From assembly GCA_043228905.1 (NCBI GenBank), contig JBHGNT010000018.1, forward strand, positions 14,694,001-14,758,000: a DNA stretch of 64,000 nucleotides, written 5' to 3'. Each line of letters begins with the position of its first letter. Position 1 is the stretch's first letter. The notes under the pieces are model-generated. The model did not search any database. It worked only from the letters and a program-made list of their open reading frames with translations, and was not told the origin of the DNA. Shown here piece after piece: positions 1 through 10,328 of the stretch. The DNA is from Azolla caroliniana (lineage: Eukaryota; Plantae; Polypodiophyta). The position numbers and the translations under genes were made by a program.

Positions 1-834
1 GCTACACTGTTGCGAAGTTTCACGTGCATGTGTCACTCAAACAGGACCACCGGGGCCTTGGACCGGAGAGACAAAAGACGTTGAGGAAGTGGGAGATTAA
101 GACAAAGACATGGGGGAGATATATATCAGTTTTGATATAAATTAGGGTTTTCATTTTTATTTTTTACAATTGTTAGGTGTGACACCACGATTTCGGTGGT
201 TATTACAATAATCAATTATAAATCAACCAAAGGGGCTAAAATAAACCGACGAAGGCGAGTCTAGTGGGCTCCCAGTTTGACTACTTCTAACAACTATGTT
301 GCCTCAATTCATAGTAGCTCTCCTGCCACTACAACCTCCCTTAAGCCACCGGCTACCGAGTTGACTACCACCTAGATGCCGAAGAAGTTAATGTATAAGA
401 AATCGAAGCCCTAAAATATCTCGAGTAAGAAGTATAATAGAGGCAAAACTCTCAAACCCTAAAATCCTAACTCCTCTAGTATGTTGAGGAGAAAAGAAGA
501 AAAGTAGAAAGAAGAAGCTCTCAAACCCTAACCCTAGAAGGAAAAGAAAAGGGATAAGGGATAAAGAGAAAGGGAGGCTACAAAACCCTAAAATCAAGAT
601 TGCATGCTTTTTTTTTTATCACAAAAATGGAAGGGGAGCAAAATATTACTTGATTTGTAACAAGAGAGACTCAAACTCTACACCTTTCTATATATACTTA
701 TGAGCCTTAACCACTAAGCTACTACAAGTTATTTTTTATTATTATTATTTATTATTATATTTCTAGATTATTTCATGAGATGTGAGTGGAACCTTGCTTT
801 TTCTCACACTGGACACGCCAGCCACACCACGACA

Positions 835-848
835 TCCACCCCCACCAA
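835..848 (-). promoter_or_regulatory. Polypurine tract of the non-autonomous Ty3 element
   Basis: Minus strand TTGGTGGGGGTGGA directly precedes the LTR start TGTCGTG; same context as 50735-50755. Confidence 0.8.
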
Positions 849-1029
849 ACTGCACATCCTCCGCCATGTGCCAAAAATAATAATGAAGTGATGTGGTGGG
901 GCCTAAGGTTATCGACCTTTGTTTTATTTTTCTCTTTGTGGCGCCTTGCCCGCGTCAAATCCACCATCATCTTTGACATCATCTCCACGAAATCTTATTC
1001 ATCTGTGTTTGTCTTCCCCTACCGCTCTT

Positions 1030-1046
1030 TCACGTCGGGTTCACCA
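1030..1046 (-). promoter_or_regulatory. Primer-binding site, tRNA-Trp
   Basis: Plus strand TCACGTCGGGTTCACCA matches the 3' end of plant cytosolic tRNA-Trp(CCA) plus CCA; identical to 60886-60902. Confidence 0.85.
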
Positions 1047-2769
1047 ATATTGCGAAGTTTCGCGTGCATGACACCACGATTTCGGTGGTTATTACAATAA
1101 TCAGTTATAAATCAACCAAAGGGGCTAAAATAAACCGGTGAAGGCGAGTTTAGTGGGCTCCGAGTATGACTACTTCTGACAACTATGTTGCCTCGATTCA
1201 GAGTAGCTCTCGTGCCACTACAACCTCCCTTAAGCCACCGGCTACCGAGTTGACTACCACCTAAATGCCGAAGAAGTTGATGTATAAGGAATTGAAGCCC
1301 TAAAATATCTCGAGTAAGTATAATAGAGGCAAAACTCTCAAACCCTAAAATCCTAACTCCTCTAGTATGTTGAGGAGAAAAGAAGAAAAGTAGAAAGAAG
1401 AAGCTCTCAAACCCTAATCCTAGAAGGAAAAGAAAAGGGATAAGGGATAAGGAGAAAGGGAGGCTACGAAACCCTAAAATCAAGAAGAAGAGAAGAAGAT
1501 GAAACCCTAGTGGTACACCCCTAAGCCTACCAATGTTGTAGAGTTTCACGTGCATGTGTCACTCGAATGGGACCGTCGGGGCCTTGGACCGGGGAGACAA
1601 AAAGAGTGACAAAGTGGGAGATCAAGAGAAAGATATGGGGAAAATATACATAAGTTTGATATAAAATAGGCGTTAAACAACAATTAGGTTTAATACCATG
1701 ATTTCGGTGGGTCTTTTTTTTTACATAGAATTAGTTTCATGATTATTCAAAAACGGCTATGAATCAAAATGGGTTTTTGTTTTCTTTAGAATTTCTAGGC
1801 TTGACACCACGATTTCAGTGGTTTTTACAATAATCATTATGAAATAATCAAGGCTAAAATAATCTAGCAAAGGCGAGTCTAGTGGGCTCCAAGCTCGACT
1901 ACTTCCGACGGCTATGTTGCCTCGATTTGAGGTAGCCCTCGTGCCACTACAACCTCCCTTCCGCAATCGGCCACTGAGTTGACTACCACCAAGATGCCGA
2001 AAAAGCCGTTGTTTAGGAAATCCAAACCCTAAATTGTCTTGAGTAAGAAGTAGAATACTAGAAGAAAATTTCTCAAACCCTAAAATCCTAAATTATTCCT
2101 CTAGTATATTGAGGAGAAAAGAAGAAACTCTCAAACCCTAACCCTAGAAGGAAAAGATGAAAGAGAAAGTGATAAGGAGAAAGTGAGGCGAACAAACCCT
2201 AACCCAAGAAGAAGAGGAGAAGAAGATGAAACCCTAATGGTACACCCCTAAGGTAAAATGGGCAACCCTCGAATAAGCCCTATTCCTCCCCTCTTATAGA
2301 GGAAAGAGGTGACAGGAACACACGCTCCCGATGAACAACGCTCGGCCACAACCGAGCCTAGGATAAAACACAGAAAACGGATAATGAACGCACGACACAA
2401 TGGAGAGAAGAGTACACAGGATGTTTACGTGGAAAACCCAAACACGGGAAAAACCACGGCAGTCTACTAACTCCTAACTATCACTATGTAACAATGATTA
2501 CAATAGTGAGCTCATGGAGGCAACGACCTCGTGCTCATGATCTTCGCCACAGGCGGCGGCTACAACAGAGATACGAACCCTTCGTCTCTTTCTCTCTCTC
2601 TCTCTCTCTCTGTACATTGTTGTGCTCTAATCTTGCGCCAACAAGAATGACAACAACATTTACATCTAAGTTTTCCCTAAGTCATATTTATACTAATATG
2701 ACTTTTCGGCTATTTACAAATATAGCCCCGATGGACTCTCAGAAACATATTTACGAATATGTCCCTTCA

Positions 2770-2995
2770 TCCGGTGAGCACTCCTCATCGGGCCTGCATC
2801 ATCCGGCGCTTGCCAGGCACTCATCATCCGGTTCTCACCGGGTCTTCCATTTCCGGGTACTCCTTCATCCGGCGCTTGCCGAGCACTCATCATCCGGTTC
2901 TCACCAGGTCTTCCGTTTCCGGGTACTCCTCATCCGATTCTCACCGGGTCTTCCGTTTCCGGGTACTCCTCATCCGGTTTTCACCGGGTCTGCCC
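2770..2995. repeat. Short tandem repeats in the U3 region of the A0 3' LTR
   Basis: Repeated TTCCGGGTACTCCTCATCCGGTTCTCACCGGGTC-like units; more copies than in the 5' LTR (711 vs 586 bp). Confidence 0.8.
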
Positions 2996-3030
2996 ATCCG
3001 GAGGGACCTGTTTCCTAACAAACTCCCCCT

Positions 3031-6000
3031 TCACTCCGGCATGGGATGTCTTACTAGTCCGATCCGCTTCCGGCATGCTTCCAGCTTGTCAGGTATCAGT
3101 ACTTTGGTCAGCATATCTGACCCGTTCTCGGCCGTGTGGATCTTCATCAGCGCGAACTCCTGATCATGTACTCTTTCCCGGATCCAGTGATACCTACGTT
3201 GGATATGCTTCGTCCGAGAATGGTAGGCCGCATTCTTAGCAAGGTGGATGGCACTTTGATTGTCGCAATAGAGCCGGTATTCATCTTGCCGGATATGGAG
3301 CTCTCCGATGAAGTCTTTCATCTATAATATTTCCTTGCCGGCTTCCACAGCCGCCATGTACTCTACCTCCGTGGTTGACAACGCAACCGTCTTCTACAGC
3401 CTCGACTGCCACGAAACACCTCCCCCTGCATATGTCATTACATACCCGGATGTAGACCGGCTGGTATCCACATCAGCCGACATGTCTGAATCGGTAAAAC
3501 CGTCAAGTTGAGGTTTCCAGAGCCGAATCGGAGACACTTATTTGAAGTGCCCTTCAAGTACCAGAGTACCCATTTGACTGCGTTCCAGTGCTCCTTGCCG
3601 GGATTGCTCATAAACCGGCTCACCACTCTGACTGTGTATCCTATATCCGGTCGGGTACACACCATTGCGTACATTAAGCTCCCGACGGCAGAGACATATG
3701 GAACCTTCATCATATCAGCCACTCTGCTTTCGTCTTCGGGCTTTGCTTACCGGATAATCTGCAGTTTTCCGGGAGTGTCGATCCAACCGGTTTCGCTTCT
3801 AACATGTTGAACCGTTGAAGCACATTTGTCACGTATTTCTCCTGTGACAGCCACAGTTGCTTCGTTGGCCGGTTCCGGATGATATGCAACCCCAGCATCT
3901 GTCTTGCCAGACCCAAGTCTTTCATTGAGAAGGTCCAGTTGAGAGCCTTCTTCAGCATCCGTATTTTGGCTTGGTCCCATCCAACGATCAACATGTCGTC
4001 CACGTACAGAAGGAGTATCAGGAAGTCGCCTCCTTCGAACTTCTTCACAAACACACAGTGATCGGCTTGCGTCTTGTGGTACTCTTGATCGGTCATGAAG
4101 GATTCGAACTTCCGGTACCATTGTCGGGGAGCCTGCTTCAGTCCGTACAAGCTCTTCTTCAACCGACAAACCAGTTGCTCCTTCCCTTTCTCCACGAATC
4201 CTTCCGGTTGCTGCACGTAGATCTCCGCTTCGAGGTCACCATGAAGGAATGTCGTCGTCACGTCCAGCTGCTCTACCTCAAGGTCCATGCTTGCCGCTAT
4301 ACTCAGCACCGTCCGGATGGAGGTCATCTTTACTACCGGGGCAAATATCTCATCGAAGTCCACGCCCTTCTTCTGCTAGAACCCCTTCACCACGATCCTA
4401 GCTTTGTATCTCGGGGGGTTCCCGGCATCTCCTGATTTCAACTTGTACACCCACTTGTTTCGGACTGCCTGCTTTCCTTTCGGCAACTCCACCAATTCAT
4501 ACGTATGGTTCTCATGCAGGGAATCCATTTCATCCTGCATGGCACTTAACCATTTTCGGTTGTGGGTGTCATCCTTCGCTTCTTCGAAGCTTTCTGGCTC
4601 CCCCTCATCGGTTAGCAGCACATGCTCTACATATGGAAATCTCCGGGGGGCCCTTCTCTCTCTGAGAGGATATCTCCGTCTTTGGGCTTTGGTAACTGGC
4701 TCCTCCATTTGCTCTTCATCCGAATCCGATTCGGGGTCTTGGCCGGTTTCGGTTTCAGCTTCCTCTACTTCTTCTTCTGCCGGTTCGGTATCCTCACTGT
4801 AACCGGTTGGTTCCTCGAGTGCTAACCGGTCTCTTGCCGGTTGGGTCTGCTCATCGTAGAATCGATTCTTACCGGTCGACTCGGAGTTCCTTATCTTCTT
4901 CTCCAACTCCCAGTTGGTGAACGTCTTGTCCTCCATGAAGATAATATCTCGACTCCGGAATACCTTCTTGTCGACCAGGTCCCACACTCGGTAGCCGAAC
5001 TCATCGTCACCGTAACCGAGGAATATGCATGGCCCGGTCTTCAGATCTAGTTTTCCTCTCCGGTCCTTAGCTACATGCACATACGCAAGACACCCGAATA
5101 CCTTTAGATGCCGGTAGGACACTTCCTTACCGGTCCAAACTCTCTGTGGCGTGTCTCCGTCCAAGGGTACTGAGGGTGATCTGTTTATCACATATGTCAT
5201 TGTCGACAGTGCCTCAGCCCAAAACTTCTTGGGTAGTTTTGCATGCGCCAACATACTCCGGACCCTCTCCATCATAGTCTGGTTCATCCTCTCGGCCAGC
5301 CCATTTAGTTCCGGCATCTTCGGCATGGTAAATTCGAGCCGGATTCCCTTCGAGCGACAGTACTCCTCGAACTACCACTGGTATTCACCTCCGTTATCTG
5401 CTCGAACCACCTTCAGCTTCCGGCCGGTTTCTCTTTCCACTCTCGTGTGGAGCTTTTTGAAGACGAATAACACCTGATCCTTCGTCTTCAACGGTGTGGC
5501 CCACAGCTTCCAACTGTGGTCATCTATGAACGTCACGAAGTACTGCGATCCGACATGTGACTTCGTGTCCAATTGAAATACATCAGTATGCACCAACTCC
5601 AGTGGTGCATTACGTCTCATCGGTGGCCTCGATCGGAAGGAGATCCGGTTTAGTTTACCGGCCAGACAATCAGTGCACTTCTCCAAGTGCACTTTCTTCA
5701 CTGGAATGAGGTTGTCGTCTACAAGCCTCTTCATCCCCTTCTCGCTCATGTGACACAGCCTCTTGTGCCACAGCTCACTAGCAGTGTCGGATGCCACGTT
5801 CACTTCCTCCGGACATCACTGGGCATTCATCAGGTACAGGGTGTTGACCTTCCGGGCCCGAGCCACAATCAGGCTCCCTTTGCTGAACTTCATAACACCG
5901 TTCCAGATGCTACCTGTGTAGCCTTCATCATCTAGCTGACCCGTTGATATCAGGTTCAGACGAACCTCCGGAACGTGTCGGACATCCTTCAGCACCGGCT

Positions 6001-7075
6001 TGGATCCCGTTGGTGTTGTCAACCACACATCTCCTAAGCCGACAATTCGGCATGTACCTTCATTCCCCATCCGGACACAGCCGTGATCACCGGCTGAGTA
6101 GGATGAGAGGCATTTCCGGTCCGGGGTAAGGTGGAACGACGCTCCGGAATCGACCACCCAGGTCATCTCGTCGCCAGCAAGGTTTAGCTCACTCTCCTCA
6201 GTGATGAGCATCAACTCTTCTTCACTTGCCGCGATTGACGTCGTTCCCTTCCGGTCTGACCTCCTCCGGTCTTTACCGTTCTGGTCCAATGTCTGCTTCG
6301 AATCGGTACCATTGGTTTCCTTGTCTTTTCGGAAATGCCAACAGTTCTTCTGGAAGTGTCCCGGCTTGCCGCAATAGAAGCAAGTAGGCCTCCCCCTTGA
6401 CTTTGACCGTGTCCCCGACTTCTCCCAGTTCTGGGGACTACGGTTCCTTTGTCTTCCGCGTTCCGATTCGGAAAGGAGCGCTTTGGATTCGGAGCTCGTA
6501 TCCTTATCTTTCCGACGCGCCTCCTCATCTAGCAAGCTCGACTTTACTCTTGCTAGGGATAATCATTTCCCTTCCGGCCCGGCGTTGCCCAAAGTGACAA
6601 CCAACATCTCCCAGCTATCCGGGAAGGAACCGAGCAGGAGTAGCGCTAGTACCTCGTCGGCGAGAGGTACTTCCAATGATGTTGCTTGGTGTATCAGCCC
6701 CTGGAAGGCATTCATGTGCTCCGCCATGCTGGAGCCATCTTGGTACCGGAGTCTTACTAGCTTCCGGAATACCAAAACCTCGTTAACAACATTTTTGTTC
6801 TGAAACATAATGTCGATCTTCTCCTAGAGCTCATGAGCCTTGCTCTCTTCATTGAAGTTGTTGTATAGGCTCATGTCGATGAAGCACCATATGTACGTTG
6901 TTGTCTTCATGTGCATCACCTCCCATATTGTGGCGTCGATTTTGTCCGGTCTCTTGTCCCCGAACTGAACCGGCAACCAAAGATCTTTAACCACGAGCAT
7001 GTCCCTCATCTTCGACTTCCACACTGAATAGTTGGAGCCAGTGAGCTTGAACATGTCGCCCAACGATTCGTCCAT
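3031..7075 (-). pseudogene. Copia gag-pol of A0 with stops and frameshifts (Gag-zinc knuckle-PR-IN-RT-RNase H)
   Basis: CFYCGKPGHFQKNC, WVVDSGAS, WHKRLCH, LELVHTD, LLLYVDDML, CDNQSAIHLAKN...RTKHI in copia domain order, spread over several ORF fragments. Confidence 0.95.
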
Positions 7076-10000
7076 TTTCTGTGTCGTTTCGCTCTGATAC
7101 CACTTTGATAGGAACACACACTCCCGATGAACAACACTAGGATAAAACACAGAAAACGGATAATGAACGCACGACACAATGGAGAGAAGAGTACGCAGGA
7201 TGTTTACGTGGAAAACCCAAACACGGGAAAAACCACGGCAGTCCACTGACTCCTAACTATCACTATGTAACAATAATTACAATAGTGAGCTCATGGAGGC
7301 AACGACCTCGTGCTCACGATCTTCGCCACAGGCGGCGGTTACAACAAAGATACGAACCCTTCGTTTCTTTCTCTCTCTCTCTCTCTCTATACACTGTTGC
7401 GCTCTAATATTGCGCCAACAAGAATGACAACAACATTTACATCTAAGTTTGCCCTAAGTCATATTTATACTAATATGACTTTTCGGCTATTTACAAATAT
7501 AGCCCCGATGGACTCTCAGAAACATATTTACGAATATGTCCCTTCATCCGGTGAGCACTCTTCACCGGGCCTGCATCATCTGCCGCTTGTCGGGCACTCA
7601 TCATCCGGTTCTCACTGGGTCTTCAGTTTCCGGGTACTCCTCATCCGGTTTTCACCGGGTCTTCCCATCTAGAGGGACTTGTTTCCTAACAAGAGGCCCC
7701 TATTTTTATATTGCATGCTTTTTTATTTCTTTTTTTTGTCCGGTCTCTTGTCCCCGAACTGAACCGGCAACCAAAGATCTTTAACCACGAGCATGTCCCT
7801 CATCTTCGACTTCCACACTGAATAGTTGGAGCCGGTGAGCTTGAACATGTCACCCAACGATTCGTCCATTTTCTGTGTCGTTTCGCTCTGATACCACTTT
7901 GATAGGAACACACACTCCCGATGAACAACACTAGGATAAAACACAGAAAACGGATAATGAACGCACGACACAATGGAGAGAAGAGTACGCAGGATGTTTA
8001 CGTGGAAAACCCAAACACGGGAAAAACCACGGCAGTCCACTGACTCCTAACTATCACTATGTAACAATAATTACAATAGTGAGCTCATGGAGGCAACAAC
8101 CTCGTGCTCACGATCTTCGCCACAGGCGGCGGTTACAACAAAGATACGAACCCTTCGTTTCTTTCTCTCTCTCTCTCTCTCTATACACTGTTGCGCTCTA
8201 ATATTGCGCCAACAAGAATGACAACAACATTTACATCTAAGTTTGCCCTAAGTCATATTTATACTAATATGACTTTTCGGCTATTTACAAATATAGCCCC
8301 GATGGACTCTCAGAAACATATTTACGAATATGTCCCTTCATCCGGTGAGCACTCTTCACCGGGCCTGCATCATCTGCCGCTTGTCGGGCACTCATCATCC
8401 GGTTCTCACTGGGTCTTCAGTTTCCGGGTACTCCTCATCCGGTTTTCACCGGGTCTTCCCATCTGGAGGGACTTGTTTCCTAACAAGAGGCGCCTATTTT
8501 TATATTGCATGCTTTTTTATTTCTTTTTTTTGTCCGGTCTCTTGTCCCCGAACTGAACCGGCAACCAAAGATCTTTAACCACGAGCATGTCCCTCATCTT
8601 CGATTTCCACACTGAATAGTTGGAGTCGGTGAGCTTGAACATGTCGCCCAACGATTCGTCCATTTTCTGTGTCGTTTCGCTCTGATACCACTTTGATAGG
8701 AACACACACTCCCGATGAACAACACTAGGATAAAACACAGAAAACGGATAATGAACGCACGACACAATGGAGAGAAGAGTACGCAGGATGTTTACGTGGA
8801 AAACCCAAACACGGGAAAAACCACGGCAGTCCACTGACTCCTAACTATCACTATGTAACAATAATTACAATAGTGAGCTCATGGAGGCAACAACCTCGTG
8901 CTCACGATCTTCGCCACAGGCGGCGGTTACAACAAAGATACGAACCCTTCGTTTCTTTCTCTCTCTCTCTCTCTCTATACACTGTTGCGCTCTAATATTG
9001 CGCCAACAAGAATGACAACAACATTTACATCTAAGTTTGCCCTAAGTCATATTTATACTAATATGACTTTTCGGCTATTTACAAATATAGCCCCGATGGA
9101 CTCTCAGAAACATATTTACGAATATGTCCCTTCATCCGGTGAGCACTCTTCACCGGGCCTGCATCATCTGCCGCTTGTCGGGCACTCATCATCCGGTTCT
9201 CACTGGGTCTTCAGTTTCCGGGTACTCCTCATCCGGTTTTCACCGGGTCTTCCCATCTGGAGGGACTTGTTTCCTAACAAGAGGCGCCTATTTTTATATT
9301 GCATGCTTTTTTATTTCTTTTTTTTGTCCGGTCTCTTGTCCCCGAACTGAACCGGCAACCAAAGATCTTTAACCACGAGCATGTCCCTCATCTTCGATTT
9401 CCACACTGAATAGTTGGAGTCGGTGAGCTTGAACATGTCGCCCAACGATTCGTCCATTTTCTGTGTCGTTTCGCTCTGATACCACTTTGATAGGAACACA
9501 CACTCCCGATGAACAACACTAGGATAAAACACAGAAAACGGATAATGAACGCACGACACAATGGAGAGAAGAGTACGCAGGATGTTTACGTGGAAAACCC
9601 AAACACGGGAAAAACCACGGCAGTCCACTGACTCCTAACTATCACTATGTAACAATAATTACAATAGTGAGCTCATGGAGGCAACGACCTCGTGCTCACG
9701 ATCTTCGCCACAGGCGGCGGTTACAACAAAGATACGAACCCTTCGTTTCTTTCTCTCTCTCTCTCTCTCTATACACTGTTGCGCTCTAATATTGCGCCAA
9801 CAAGAATGACAACAACATTTACATCTAAGTTTGCCCTAAGTCATATTTATACTAATATGACTTTTCGGCTATTTACAAATATAGCCCCGATGGACTCTCA
9901 GAAACATATTTACGAATATGTCCCTTCATCCAGTGAGCACTCTTCACCGGGCCTGCATCATCTGCCGCTTGCCGGGCACTCATCATCCGGTTCTCACTGG

Positions 10001-10119
10001 GTCTTCAGTTTCCGAGTACTCCTCATCCGGTTTTCACCGGGTCTTCCCATCTGGAGGGACTTGTTTCCTAACAAGAGGCGCCTATTTTTATATTGCATGC
10101 TTTTTTATTTCTTTTTTTT
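6944..10119. repeat. Tandem array of 4 x 794 bp (gag 5' end + PBS + 5' LTR + TSD + host flank)
   Basis: Units start GTCCGGTCTCTTG at 6944, 7738, 8532 and 9326; near-identical with a few SNPs. Confidence 0.95.
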
Positions 10120-10328
10120 ATCACAAAAATGGAAGAGGAACAAAATACACCTTGACTTGTGGCAAGCAAGACTTGAACCCTACACCTCTCTTCATATACT
10201 TATAAGTCTTAACCACTAAGTTACTACAAGTTATTTTTTATTATTATTATTTATTTTTTTATACATTATTTCATGAGATGTGCATGGAACCTCAATTTTT
10301 CTCACACTGCACACGCCACACCACGACA

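Larger units (their letters stand above)
2310..7691 (-). mobile_element. Full-length degenerate Ty1/copia element A0 (Tork/Tnt1-like)
   Basis: LTRs 2310-3020 and 7106-7691 (TG...CA); 5-bp TSD AGAGG (2305-2309 / 7692-7696); Met-i PBS TGGTATCAGAGC at 7091-7102; PPT AGGGGGAGTT at 3021-3030. Confidence 0.95.
8..10328 (-). mobile_element. Non-autonomous Ty3/gypsy family C complex with three LTR copies (8-834, 1048-~1525 truncated, 1534-10328 interrupted by copia A0) and a 213-bp internal region
   Basis: Three homologous blocks begin TGTTGCGAAG/TATTGCGAAG/TGTTGTAGAG (8, 1048, 1534); two end CCACACCACGACA (834, 10328). PPT at 835-848 and tRNA-Trp PBS at 1030-1046 match those of the family C elements. 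Flanks gctACAC / ACGTagaagc rejoin a copia-B pol sequence (cf. gagctacgcagaagc near 45530). Confidence 0.75.

Noticed and set aside
388-1966. Hydrophobic minus-strand ORFs (388-597, 1112-1555, 1757-1966) as membrane or env-like proteins
   Set aside because: They lie inside LTR copies, arise from the GA-rich strand bias and differ in frame between copies.
450-2240. Scattered AAACCCTAA motifs as an interstitial telomere
   Set aside because: Isolated telo-box-like words repeated only because the LTR is repeated; no tandem array.
6944-10119. Tandem array as a CRISPR array or TRIM tandem
   Set aside because: The 794-bp units have no unique spacers and no PPT, and they include the host TSD and flank.
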